Below are positions 10,994-21,436 of a stretch of DNA of 64,000 nucleotides, piece after piece. The stretch comes from an uncultured delta proteobacterium. GTDB lineage: Bacteria; Desulfobacterota; RBG-13-43-22. Location: the NCBI GenBank assembly GCA_963790475.1, contig CAWBOS010000006.1, positions 96,001 to 160,000 of the forward strand. The letters run 5' to 3'. The notes below the pieces were generated by a model that saw only the letters and a program-made list of their open reading frames with translations, ran no database searches and was not told the DNA's origin. Position 1 is the stretch's first letter. Each line of letters starts with the position of its first letter. The translations under genes were made by a program, and so were the position numbers.

Positions 10994-11452
10994 GGCAATT
11001 TACCCTTCCGAAAAGTCGGATATCGGCCAGCAAGGTTGTGTTCACTGCAGCGGGAAGCCGGATTTACCGGGCAGACATATTGACGGCCCCTTTCAAAATG
11101 GGGGAAAATATTATTAGAAATAAGCATGTCGCGGAAAATTGGCCGGAATAGGGCAATTGTCTTTTAACTATTTTATATAAAACAATAACATGTCAAGAAC
11201 AAGGATTTGGAAACAGGATATCCACGGCCATCAGACTTCATTGGTGGAATCGGCAAAGGGGGGAAAAGGGGAGGCTGGGTCGGCAGGAGCGGCCTGTCTG
11301 GTGGATTAAAAACAGGACAGGATGGCCTTTTCTCGGAAGAGCAAATGAGATTGGATTAAAGGAGGTAAAGGTGATATTACGAAGGGTATTAAAAATACAA
11401 TATAATATAATAATATAAATATGTTATGTTAATAAAACTCTAAAAAAGACAT

Positions 11453-12322
11453 TTATCGGGGCATAAGTAAATCGACGATTCGAATCAATTCCTCTTCGGA
11501 ATGAAAATGGATTTCCAGCAATCCACCTTTTTTCTTCCTTTTCAGCTTTATTCGGGTCTTATATCTTTGAATCATGTCTTTAACCCAATCGTCTTCATAA
11601 ATTGGAGTAGCCGGAGAACCCTTCTTGGCCGGGACCCGGGCCTTTTTTTGGATCATCCGCTCTAATTCTCTGACGGAAAGGCCTTTTTCGACCACCTCTC
11701 CCGCCATTTTGTTTTGATCCAAAGCCGATTCCAGGCTCAGCAAGCACTTGGCATGGCCGAAAGATAAGGCCCCTTCGGCTATCTTTTCCTGAACCCCGGG
11801 CGACAATTTCAATAACCTTAAAAAATTGGCGACGGATGACCGGTCTTTTCCCACCCGGCGGGCCACGTCCTCTTGGGAGATATTGAATTCTTGAATCAGC
11901 CTCTGATAAGCTTCGGCCTCTTCCATGGCATTCAGGTTCTGCCTTTGAATATTCTCAATCAAGGCCAGTTCTAATTGAGCTGTCGGTTCGGCCTCGCGGA
12001 TCAGTACCGGGATTTCCGTTAGACCGGCCTTTTGGGCGGCACGCCATCTTCTTTCTCCGGCAATCAATTCATACCCATCGCCCACTTTCCGGACCAGCAA
12101 GGGTTGAATAATCCCTTTTTCCTTTATGGATTGAGCCAGCTCTTCTATAGCCGCTTCTTTAACTTTTTTTCGAGGCTGAAGGGGATTCGGCCGAACATCT
12201 TCAATCCCTACAAACAAAAAGGGCCGATTTTCGGCTTTATGAGGTTCGACGGACGGAATCAAAGCCCCCAGGCCCCGGCCCAATCCTTTCTTTTTAATAT
12301 TAAGCGTCTTGGTTTCTTCCAT
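11453..12322 (-). CDS. parB: Chromosome partitioning protein ParB
   Basis: KKGLGRGLGALI, GERRWRAA, ENIQRQNLN, HTH. Confidence 0.97.
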   Translation of the reverse strand: MEETKTLNIKKKGLGRGLGALIPSVEPHKAENRPFLFVGIEDVRPNPLQPRKKVKEAAIEELAQSIKEKGIIQPLLVRKVGDGYELIAGERRWRAAQKAGLTEIPVLIREAEPTAQLELALIENIQRQNLNAMEEAEAYQRLIQEFNISQEDVARRVGKDRSSVANFLRLLKLSPGVQEKIAEGALSFGHAKCLLSLESALDQNKMAGEVVEKGLSVRELERMIQKKARVPAKKGSPATPIYEDDWVKDMIQRYKTRIKLKRKKKGGLLEIHFHSEEELIRIVDLLMPR

Positions 12323-13088
12323 TGCCTTTCACTCCCGCCAATATTTCTTTGGCCAGTTCAAAATAGCTTTGGGCACCCTTTGATTGCGGATCATACAGAA
12401 GAACAGGCAACCCATGACTTGGACTTTCGCTGATTCTAACGTTTCTCGGGATAACAGTTTTAAAAACGAGATCTTTCAAATGGGTCCGGACTTCATTTTC
12501 CACCTGGGATGAGAGGTTGTTGCGTCCATCGAACATGGTCAGAAGAATCCCTTCTACGTAAAGAGAGGGGTTCAAATCCCTTTGAACGATCTGTATAGTA
12601 TTAAGGAGGTTACCCAACCCCTCCAAGGCATAATATTCACACTGGGTTGGAACAATAATGGACTGGGCTGCAGTCAGGGCATTAACCGTAAGTAACCCTA
12701 AAGAAGGAGGACAGTCAATAAAGAGATAGTCAAATTCTGGTCTTAGCGGTTCGATCTTTTCCTTCAGTATCTTTTCCCGGTTGGGCAGAGGCACCAGTTC
12801 AATATCCGCCCCCACCAAATCCATATCCGAAGGGATAATTTTTAATAAAGGGATGTCGGTTGGCAATATCAGGCCAGCCGGGTCGAGGTGGTCAATCAAA
12901 AGGTCATAGATGGAATATTCGAATTCCTGCTTATTGGCCCCGAGCCCGCTGGTGGCATTCCCCTGAGGGTCAAAGTCTATGAGCAGGGTTTTTTTCTCCA
13001 TAATGGCCAAAGCGGCGGCCAGATTAACGGCCGTAGCCGTTTTACCCACCCCCCCCTTTTGGTTAACCACACAGATGATCTTTCCCAT
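12300..13088 (-). CDS. parA: Chromosome partitioning ATPase ParA/Soj
   Basis: NQKGGVGKT, DPQGNAT, DCPPSLG, QCEYYALEG. Confidence 0.97.
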   Translation of the reverse strand: MGKIICVVNQKGGVGKTATAVNLAAALAIMEKKTLLIDFDPQGNATSGLGANKQEFEYSIYDLLIDHLDPAGLILPTDIPLLKIIPSDMDLVGADIELVPLPNREKILKEKIEPLRPEFDYLFIDCPPSLGLLTVNALTAAQSIIVPTQCEYYALEGLGNLLNTIQIVQRDLNPSLYVEGILLTMFDGRNNLSSQVENEVRTHLKDLVFKTVIPRNVRISESPSHGLPVLLYDPQSKGAQSYFELAKEILAGVKGNGRNQDA

Positions 13089-13160
13089 CAAACCACCTTT
13101 TAAAAATGATGGCCCCTACTATTACATAAAATTGCCGTTTTGAAAAGGTTTTAATGTTCC

Positions 13161-14156
13161 GTGGCAGAGACCTTTGGTCACCCGTTGTTGCTGCTGGAGA
13201 CCTTTGTAGACCCCCAGCGGTTTAGGGGAACCGTGTATCAAGCGGCAATTGGGTCTATGTCGGGGACACCAAGGGGTTTCGACGAACCAGCCGGGGATAT
13301 AGCCCCACGGCCCAGTCCCCCAAAATGGTCTTTCTTAAACCCTTAAGCGCGGAGGCTCAGACCCTATTAGCTCAACCCACGCTTCCCTTATCTTATCGTA
13401 TTGGAGGACCCAGAATCATGTTGAAGGCCGAACAAATGAAATCCTTACCCTATTTTTTTCGAGCTATCCCCGATCCTCGCCGCTCTCAAGGACGACGGCA
13501 CCCTTTGGCCACCGTTTTGGGTATTGCCGCCGGGGCCATTCTGTGTGGCATGCGGGGCTATAAAGCCATCTCCGATTGGGCGGAAAGCCTTGGCCCCAAG
13601 GCCCGGGAACGTTTCCGTTGCCGTCGCCAAAACGGCCGTTATGTCGTTCCCAGTGAATACGTCATCCGGGATCTCCTGATCCGCATCCCTCCCCAGGATC
13701 TCGACCAAGCCTTGCAACGCTGGAACGATACTTATGCCCAACAGGACCAAAGTCTGGCCATTGATGGTAAAACCATGCGCAACGCTATTGATGATCAGGG
13801 TTATCAAACCCACATCATGAGCGTCGTCGGCCATCAGACCAAAACCTGCTACACCCAAAAAAAGTCGAATCCTTACCCCTAGACGGTGACGACCAAATCA
13901 AACGAACCAACGAGATCAAAACGGCCGCCCCTCTGCTCGAAAACATCAACATCCAGGGGAAGACCATTACTGCCGATGCTTTATTAACCCAACGAAAACT
14001 GGCCGAATATCTAGTCCAAGATCGTCAGGCCCATTATCACTTCACGGTCAAAGGAAACCAGTCCACACTCCTGCAAGATCTGACTTTATTCTTCCAGGAA
14101 CGTCAGGAACCGGAGTTCATTGACTATACCCCTTCCGACCATGGCCGGATTGAAAC
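13161..14156 (+). mobile_element. Internal fragment of an ISAs1-family transposase with DUF4338-type N-terminus (truncated at both ends)
   Basis: LLETFVDP..F.GTVY, IPDPR..QGRRHPL, AIDGKTMR; then in the -1 frame NEI..TITADALLTQ..VKGNQ..HGRIET. A7G slippery site at 13857-13864. Confidence 0.85.
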
Positions 14157-14172
14157 TGTTCCACGTGGAACA
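14157..14172. promoter_or_regulatory. parS: parS centromere-like site
   Basis: TGTTCCACGTGGAACA matches the parS consensus and lies in a 22-bp perfect palindrome (14154-14175) upstream of parAB. Confidence 0.92.
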
Positions 14173-14607
14173 GTTAGGTAATAAATAGATAATATTTAAT
14201 AAAAAGATAAATGTCTTGTTGCCGGAGAATGAATGGAGGAGAATATTAGGTAGAGAAGGTCTTTAGTCTGGCAGGCTTTGAGTTCGCTGAAAACAGCTGA
14301 CTTCATTCCCAGAAAGACCGTTCTTGGTTTGATATATTTAATTTATTTAGTATATTCAATTAATTATGTTATTATTATGGTTTCCGGCAATGAATTCCCT
14401 GAATTCTTCAGTGCCTCAAACCCTGTTTTTTTTGAACAACCAGGGATTGAAAGACTCCCCTTTCAAATAGCTTCCCCCGGTAATATCCAAACAATAACGA
14501 TTTGCAATTATGCAAATTGGAATGTGAACTTCCAATATGCAAAGTATCGGAAGAGAGCGTTGCCCCGCAAGATCATTTCCCTTCCTTCACTCTCTCAAAG
14601 AAAAAGA

Positions 14608-15411
14608 CTATTCCGGCGATGAAAAACGAAGACCCTCTTCAGGTGGAAGGCTGAACCAGGTCGCCAGGACTCGACCCACCAGTTGCCCTGCGACATTAAA
14701 GACGGCCGTTCCGGCAAACAATTTTTTCCCATCAACAGCTACAGGCCAGGCAATAACCACACAAGGCTCCCCAACCGGGAGTGGAAGATCGATTTGTCCG
14801 ATGAGTCGACCTGACATACCCGGCTGATGGTCGGTCAATTCCAGGAAAGCAAAGGCCCCCGGACAGTCAAGGGCCGTCCAGATAAATTCAGGGCGGACAT
14901 AACCGGTATCATCGCCAAGTTCAGGTGCCGGAATCCAAGGCGCGGCCACGATTTCAGATCCATTGATACGGCCGGGATGTATCTTTAGCCCCTTCGCCTC
15001 AGAACCATCGGCCCCGCAACAAAAACAAAAGGGATGAATGCCAAGAGTTTTCCAACCGGGATAAGGGGATTCTTTTAAAGCGATTGAGGTTTTTGCCGCT
15101 TCGACGGCCATTTCATAATTTGGGGGTTTGGGTACTTCAAGATCGAGGGAAGCGGCCTTGGCTTGAACCACAACGTTTTCTCCATCCATCAGATAATAAT
15201 TCCCATCGCCCGGTGCGACCACCGGCATCTCATGGTCAACCGGTGTCGGCCTCCGAATTAACACCTCAGCCGGTCCGTCGATAAAGTTGGCCATTAAGCC
15301 ACAGACATAACCGCCATTAGCGATATTGGGGGGACCGACATAACCGGATGGGATCTTCAGCTTCGCAATTACATTTTTGTTCTGATTTTTTATCTCTTGC
15401 GGCTTATGCAT
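14608..15411 (-). CDS. Hypothetical protein, probable double hot-dog (thioesterase-like) fold
   Basis: GPPNIANGGY, HPFCFCCG, WTALDCPG motifs. Confidence 0.65.
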   Translation of the reverse strand: MHKPQEIKNQNKNVIAKLKIPSGYVGPPNIANGGYVCGLMANFIDGPAEVLIRRPTPVDHEMPVVAPGDGNYYLMDGENVVVQAKAASLDLEVPKPPNYEMAVEAAKTSIALKESPYPGWKTLGIHPFCFCCGADGSEAKGLKIHPGRINGSEIVAAPWIPAPELGDDTGYVRPEFIWTALDCPGAFAFLELTDHQPGMSGRLIGQIDLPLPVGEPCVVIAWPVAVDGKKLFAGTAVFNVAGQLVGRVLATWFSLPPEEGLRFSSPE

Positions 15412-15703
15412 TATTACTGTCCTTTCTTCAACAAGTCGTTCTTACCCGCTAATAAGTTTTTCTTTTGAGTTTTCTAAGATCGACATCGTCGAATTGTAAT
15501 AACCCTATCAGGCGAGTCCTTTTTATAGGTAATCCTTATTTCTTGTCAAGATAATTAGACTCTATAATAATGAGGTAGTTTTGGCCTTCGGTTTTGAATT
15601 CATGAAGGATGAGGGCTTCATCGAAATATAAAATTGCTATTTTTGGATGGAGCCTTCAATAAATAGTAAAATTACAGAAATTACGTTTCTGATAAAATTT
15701 ATC

Positions 15704-15733
15704 TTGACAAACGTAAAATATTTGCAATATAAT
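15704..15733 (+). promoter_or_regulatory. Sigma70 promoter of the R-M operon
   Basis: TTGACA-N18-TATAAT; the -10 lies inside the imperfect palindrome GCAATATAATGTTGC. Confidence 0.75.
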
Positions 15734-15774
15734 GTTGCCGTAACGATATTTCAGCAATATATTTATGGTGCAGA

Positions 15775-16350
15775 GTGAAAGTTAAATTAAAAGATATCGC
15801 ATTAATTCAAATGGGTTATTCATTTCGGTCTCGCCTTGAATCGTCGGAAATCGGAACTGTATCCGTCATCCAGATGAAGGACCTGACGGACCAGAACCGT
15901 GTTGACAACAATTCTCTGACGTTGGTTGACATGGAAATGCCCAAGGAGCATCATCTCGTAAAACCGGGCGATCTTATTTTCCGATCCAGGGGGTTGACAA
16001 CTACGTCGGCGATCCTTTTAGATGATCCGGGCACGGCTATAGTGGCAGCCCCCCTTTTGAGGATCAGGGCGAAGGATCGTGACATTATGCCCGAGTATCT
16101 GAACTGGTTTATCAGCCAGAAGCCGGCCCAAACTTTTTTTGCCAGTCAGGCCAAAGGAACCACCCAAAGGATGATTAGTAAAGAGGCTTTGGATGAACTC
16201 GAAGTATTCGTGCCCTCTCTTGATCGGCAAAGGGCCATTGTTGCATTGGCCTTTTTGGCGGAGGAAGAGCAGCATATCATGGAAAAACTGGCTGAAAAAC
16301 GCAGGCAATATATTTCAACTGTTTTAATTCGCAAGGCGCAAGGAGCATAA
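15775..16350 (+). CDS. Half-size type I R-M specificity-subunit-like protein (single TRD)
   Basis: LKDIA, GDLIFRSRG, PEYLNWF, VPSLDRQRAIV; directly upstream of hsdM. Confidence 0.8.
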   Translation: MKVKLKDIALIQMGYSFRSRLESSEIGTVSVIQMKDLTDQNRVDNNSLTLVDMEMPKEHHLVKPGDLIFRSRGLTTTSAILLDDPGTAIVAAPLLRIRAKDRDIMPEYLNWFISQKPAQTFFASQAKGTTQRMISKEALDELEVFVPSLDRQRAIVALAFLAEEEQHIMEKLAEKRRQYISTVLIRKAQGA

Positions 16351-16354
16351 AATA

Positions 16355-17911
16355 ATGAATGGAAAAATTGACCAGAAAGACATAAACAACGCGGCCTGGG
16401 CCGCCTGCGACACCTTCCGGGGCGTTGTCGATCCGGCGCAGTACAAGGATTACATTCTGGTGATGCTCTTTGTAAAATACATCTCCGATGTCTGGAACGA
16501 CCATTATGAGAATTATCGCAAACAGTACGGGGATGATGATACCCGCATTCGCCGCCGGCTGGAACGCGAGCGGTTTGTCCTGCCCTATGCGGAACTGAAG
16601 AACCATGTGACGGGAGAGGTCGAAGACCGATTTCTGGCCGATTATTACAGTCTCTATGAACGGCGCGCTTCGGCCAACATCGGCGAACTGATCAATATCG
16701 TTCTGGATGCCATCGAAGAGACGAACAAGGCGAAACTGGAAGGGGTCTTCCGGAACATCGACTTCAACAGCGAGGCGAATCTCGGAAAGACCAAGGACCG
16801 AAACCGCCGTCTGAAGACACTCCTGGAGGATTTCAATAAACCTCAATTAGACATGAGCCCCAGCAAGGTTTCCGAAGATGTTATCGGCAACACCTACATT
16901 TACCTGATCGAGCGTTTTGCCACCGATGCCGGTAAGAAGGCGGGAGAATTCTACACGCCGCACAAGGTCTCCGAACTGGTGGCCAAACTGGCAGGTCCCA
17001 AGCCGGGGGACCGCATCTGCGATCCGGCCTGCGGTTCCGGCGGCTTGCTGATCGAGGTCGCCAGGGAAGTCAATGATCGCAATTTCGCCCTTTTCGGTAT
17101 GGAATCCAACGGCAGCACCTGGGCGCTGGCCCGGATGAACATGTTCCTGCACGGGGCCGACTCCGCCCGCATCGAATGGTGCGACACACTCAACAGCCCG
17201 GCGCTGGTGGAAAAGGACCGGCTGATGAAATTCGACATCGTCGTCGCCAATCCGCCTTTTTCTCTGGATAAATGGGGCGCCGAGGAGGCCCAGAACGACC
17301 GCTACAACCGCTTCTGGCGGGGCATACCGCCAAAGAGCAAAGGGGACTGGGCCTTTATCAGCCACATGGTGGAGGCGGCCCTTGAAAAAGAAGGGCGTGT
17401 GGCTGTGGTCGTTCCACATGGGGTGCTATTCAGGGGAGCAGCCGAAGGAAGAATCCGTCAGAAGATGATCGAGGAGAATATCCTCGATGCCGTCATCGGT
17501 CTGCCGGGGAACCTCTTTCCAACCACCTCGATTCCCGTCGCCATCCTGATCTTTGACCGCAGCCGCGAAAAAGGCGGGGTAAATGAGTCCCGCAAAAACG
17601 TGATCTTTGTTGACGCCAGCCGAGAGTACGTGCCCGGTAAAAATCAGAACGCCCTCTCCGATGACCATATCCGTAAAATCGTAAAAACGGTCAAGGCCCG
17701 TACAAAAGTTGAAAAGTACGCGCATGTCGCGACCTTCGAAGAAATCAGAGGGAACGACTTCAACCTTAATATCCCCCGTTATGTAGACACCTTCGAAGAG
17801 GAGGAAGAGATAGATATCGACGCCGTCCAGAAGGAGATTGACCAGCTTGAAGGCGAACTCGTCGAGGTCCGGGCGAAGATGGCCAAAATGCTTAAGGAGA
17901 TTAAGCGATGA
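16355..17911 (+). CDS. hsdM: Type I R-M methyltransferase subunit
   Basis: GEFYTP, DPACGSGG, NPPF, PHGVLFRG, NLNIPRY. Confidence 0.97.
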   Translation: MNGKIDQKDINNAAWAACDTFRGVVDPAQYKDYILVMLFVKYISDVWNDHYENYRKQYGDDDTRIRRRLERERFVLPYAELKNHVTGEVEDRFLADYYSLYERRASANIGELINIVLDAIEETNKAKLEGVFRNIDFNSEANLGKTKDRNRRLKTLLEDFNKPQLDMSPSKVSEDVIGNTYIYLIERFATDAGKKAGEFYTPHKVSELVAKLAGPKPGDRICDPACGSGGLLIEVAREVNDRNFALFGMESNGSTWALARMNMFLHGADSARIEWCDTLNSPALVEKDRLMKFDIVVANPPFSLDKWGAEEAQNDRYNRFWRGIPPKSKGDWAFISHMVEAALEKEGRVAVVVPHGVLFRGAAEGRIRQKMIEENILDAVIGLPGNLFPTTSIPVAILIFDRSREKGGVNESRKNVIFVDASREYVPGKNQNALSDDHIRKIVKTVKARTKVEKYAHVATFEEIRGNDFNLNIPRYVDTFEEEEEIDIDAVQKEIDQLEGELVEVRAKMAKMLKEIKR

Positions 17912-18987
17912 CTACTAAAAAAAAGTCAAATGGGAGTGACACAGTTCCCGAAGACCCCGTTAAAGGGAACTTGCTGGTCTACCAGACCGACGATGGCCGG
18001 GTTAAGCTGGAAGTACGCCTGGAAAACGAAACAGTCTGGCTTACCCAGCAAATGATGGCGGAGCTTTTTCATTCGACCAAACAGAACATAAACCACCATA
18101 TTCAAAGTATTTATGATGAAGGCGAATTAAACCCGGAGGCAACTGTCAAAAAATATTTGACAGTTCAATTAGAGGGGGAAAGGCAGGTTCGCCGCAGTCT
18201 GGATTATTACAATTTGGACATGATCATCTCTGTCGGCTACCGCGTCAAGAGTCTGATTGCCACCCGTTTCCGAATCTGGGCAACCCAGCGATTGAAGGAG
18301 TATATCGTCAAGGGGTTCGTCATGGACGATGAACGTCTGAAAAATCCCCCAGTGGCCGGTTCCGCCATCCCCGACTATTTCGACGAGATGCTTGAACGTA
18401 TCCGCGATATCCGTGCCAGTGAACGCCGCATGTACCTGCGGGTGAAGGAAATATTTGCCATGGCAGGGGATTACGATCCCACTTGGGAGGAGACAACAAA
18501 GTTCTTCAGCGTCATTCAGAACAAGCTCCATTTTGCTGCAACCGGCCTGACGGCTGCAGAACTGATCAAAAGCCGTGCCGATCACGTTCAGCCAAATATG
18601 GGGCTGACAAACTGGAAGGCTGGGGAAGTCCGCAAAACCGACGTGACCATAGCCAAGAATTACCTGAAAGAAGACGAAATCGACGGGCTGAACCGGATCG
18701 TGGTCATGTGGTTGGACTATGCCGAAGATCAAGCCAATCGCCGCAAACAGGTTTTCATGAAGGATTGGGAACGGAAACTGGACGAGTTTTTAGCGTTCAA
18801 TGACCGGAAGGTGCTCCCTCACGCCGGAAGCGTCAGCAAGAAGGACGCGGACGAGTTTGCCAAGCAGGAGTATGACCATTTTGCCCAGCGCCGACGGGAA
18901 TACAAGGAAGCCATCGGCCAGGAGGAATCTATAAGGCTGCTTGAGGAGGCGGCCAAAAGACTGCCTAAGGGAAAGGGCGACATATGA
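17908..18987 (+). CDS. RhuM-family (virulence/DNA-binding) protein
   Basis: ETVWLTQ, YNLDMIISVGYRV, DIRASE, QNKLH, IAKNYL. Confidence 0.92.
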   Translation: MTTKKKSNGSDTVPEDPVKGNLLVYQTDDGRVKLEVRLENETVWLTQQMMAELFHSTKQNINHHIQSIYDEGELNPEATVKKYLTVQLEGERQVRRSLDYYNLDMIISVGYRVKSLIATRFRIWATQRLKEYIVKGFVMDDERLKNPPVAGSAIPDYFDEMLERIRDIRASERRMYLRVKEIFAMAGDYDPTWEETTKFFSVIQNKLHFAATGLTAAELIKSRADHVQPNMGLTNWKAGEVRKTDVTIAKNYLKEDEIDGLNRIVVMWLDYAEDQANRRKQVFMKDWERKLDEFLAFNDRKVLPHAGSVSKKDADEFAKQEYDHFAQRRREYKEAIGQEESIRLLEEAAKRLPKGKGDI

Positions 18988-19528
18988 ACGTTTCCAAACA
19001 ACCGTACGAAAATATCGTACGATTGAAATTGCCTGCCAGAAGAAAATATATGAATAAGGGTCCTGGAACGGCTCAAAAGGTGGGGACAAATTGTCCCCTC
19101 CTTTATCCTGAAAACTGGTGGATCAGGTTAAGGGCAGCTATAATCTCCGTGACCACCGAGATCGCAAGGAAAAAAGATACCCAGGGATTCAAGAAAACCG
19201 CACCGCCGCCCGGGAAGGTGGCCATATCGCCGGCAACGCCCGCAAGGCACTGGAAGCCAAGACGGGCACTCCGGTCGTCAGCAGCGAGAATTTCCTGAAT
19301 CCACCCCCAAAACGATTTTCGGAAACTGCAGCGAAGGCCTTCATCAAAACCCGGGCTAAGGCGTTGGCCCATGATTCGAAGGACTTGCCCAAAACCCGAC
19401 AGCGAGTGAAAGGGAAGATCCACAAAGTTATCGAGGAAGTTGATGGCACAATAACAGAAACCCTTTATGGATCGGAGAAGATAGCGAAACGATTGAAGCC
19501 GGAGAGGAAGTTGGAGGGAGGGAAATGA
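18984..19528 (+). pseudogene. Mosaic remnants of a Bro-N/antirepressor-like gene plus an unidentified C-terminus
   Basis: Pieces in different frames: YENIVRLKL, VGTNCPLL, TTEIARKKD, GGHIAGNARKALEAKTG..VVSSENFL. Confidence 0.6.
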
Positions 19529-20651
19529 AGATCTGGAAGAAGGCCACTCTTAAGGATTTGGTCGATCTTCAGCGAGGATATGATCTGCCTTCCCAAAATC
19601 GAATTCCAGGAAATATTCCCGTAATGGGTGGCGGTGGGTTGGCTGGATACCATGCTGAATCAAATGTGAGAGGTCCGGGAGTCATCATCGGTCGAAGTGG
19701 GGCAGGCTTCGGAACAGCTTTTTATTGTGAGTCCGATTATTGGGCTCACAATACAGGTCTTTTTGTCAGTAATTTTAAGGGAAACCACCCCAAATACGTG
19801 TTTCATTTTTTGGATCGTTTTGATTTTTCTAGGTACAATTCAGGTGGTGCTCAACCATCGTTGAATAGGAATTTTATCTATCCGATAGAAATTGAAATAC
19901 CTCCATATTCAGAACAAAAAAGCATAGCACAGCTGCTTGACACCTGGGACCAGGCCGTCGAAAAGACCGAGCGGCTGATCAAAGCCAGGAAAAAAAGATT
20001 CTCATGGCTTGGACAGGCGTTAGTTAATAATCAAAAAGATAAACCTGGCATGCATAATGTGATACTTGGGGATGTATGCAAACCTGTAACAAGAAAAAAT
20101 AATATTGGAGAAACAAATATTCTGACGTCTTTGGCGCAGCATGGCCTCATAAGTCAGCTTGATTATTATAGCAAAAGTGTCTCCGGTGCCGATCTGAGTG
20201 GTTATTATTTACTGAAGAAAGGTGAATTTGCCTACAATAGGAGTTCTGCAAGCGGCTATCCTTATGGCGCAATAAAGCGCCTGGACTATTGTGATCAAGG
20301 TGCCTTCTCTACACTCTACATTTGTTTCAAAATTTCAGATAGAGAGAAGATATATTCAGATTTTTTATGCCACTACTTCGAATCCGGATGCCTGAACCGC
20401 CCGTTGAGGGAAATTTGTCAAGCTGGCGCAAGGAGCCATGGCTTGTTGAATGTCTCAAAAGGGGAATTCTTTAATTTAAAACTCTTTTTACCACCAATCG
20501 ACCAACAAAAAAAATTGCTTCCATCATCAACACCGCTCGCCAGGAAATAGACCTTCTAAAAAAACAGGCAGACGCCTTTCGAAAACAGAAACGCGGCCTG
20601 ATGCAGAAATTATTAACCGGTAAATGGCGGGTGAAAAATAACGTATCGTAG
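19525..20651 (+). CDS. hsdS: Type I R-M specificity subunit, frameshifted at an A8 tract (20507-20514)
   Basis: Two TRDs with IPPYSEQKSIA spacer. The frame stops at 20550, but one extra A gives KKIASIINTARQEIDLLKKQ..QKRGLMQKLLTGKWRV, the conserved HsdS C-terminus, ending at 20651. Confidence 0.88.
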
Positions 20652-20774
20652 AGGCAGGCACGGGGGCCTGCCCCTACACCTGCCCTGATTTGTCCCGGTG
20701 ATCATTACAAAACAGGATGAACAAAATTGAATTGGCGACCATCATGACGGGCAACCACGGGGGGTTGCCCCTAC
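20648..20774. repeat. REP-like palindromes (GTAG class) upstream of the RAYT
   Basis: GTAGAGGCAGGCACGGGGGCCTGCCCCTAC (20648-20677) and GGGCAACCACGGGGGGTTGCCCCTAC (20749-20774). Confidence 0.85.
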
Positions 20775-21053
20775 ACGTCCCAACGGGGATACATGATCGA
20801 TAACGATAACATCCATCAACGCCGTTCCATTCGATTGCCGGGATATGATTATTCCCAATTGGGTGCCTATTTTATCACCATCTGCACGCAAGACAGGAAA
20901 TGCCTATTTGGAAACATTGTGGACGGAAAAATGACATCTAACGATGCGGGCACCATAATTCAAACCGTTTGGCGCGAATTACCAATCCATTACAACGGAA
21001 CAGAAATTGATGAATTCGTCGTCATGCCTAATCACATCCACGGTATCGTTATT

Positions 21054-21118
21054 GTAGGGGCAACCCCCCGAATCGGGCAGGCACAGGAGGGAGGGCAACC
21101 ACAGGGGGTTGCCCCTAC
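21054..21118. repeat. REP doublet in frame inside the RAYT gene
   Basis: GTAGGGGCAACCCCCCG ... GGGCAACCACAGGGGGTTGCCCCTAC, translated as VGATPR..GQPQGVAPT. Confidence 0.8.
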
Positions 21119-21368
21119 GGAAAATATTACGGGAAATACGGAACCGTTGTCGTTGCCGGATGTGGTGCATCGGTTCAAGACCATGACCACCAAACGTTAT
21201 GCCGATGGTGTTAAACAATATGGGTGGCCTCCATTTCCTGGCAGATTATGGCAACGTAATTATTGGGAACACATTGTGCGCAATGAAATCGAATTGAATA
21301 AGATTCGTGAATACATACGGAATAATTCCACACAATGGGACCATGACCGATTAAATTCATGGGCATAC

Positions 21369-21394
21369 GTAGGGGCAGGCCCCCGTGCCTGCCC
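21369..21394. repeat. REP in the 3' end of the RAYT gene
   Basis: GTAGGGGCAGGCCCCCGTGCCTGCCC; its first 25 nt are the exact reverse complement of 20653-20677. Confidence 0.85.
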
Positions 21395-21436
21395 GAATGG
21401 CGTGAAGGAATCCCACGCCTATTACGGAGAAAAATC

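Noticed and set aside
11040-11075. CACTG..GGGAAG resembling a cobalamin riboswitch
   Set aside because: Other conserved elements are missing and there is no downstream gene on that strand
11380-11450. AT-rich tract near parAB as a possible oriC
   Set aside because: No cluster of DnaA boxes and no dnaA/gidA context is visible
14278-14622. 114-aa ORF downstream of parS
   Set aside because: AT-rich, TTG start, no motif or RBS; probably non-coding or decayed
20648-21394. REP or heptamer arrays as a CRISPR array
   Set aside because: No constant repeat with regular unique spacers and no cas genes
21359-21436. N-terminal extension of hsdR in the ORF track
   Set aside because: It is REP/RAYT sequence read in another frame; the ATG at 21437 is more plausible
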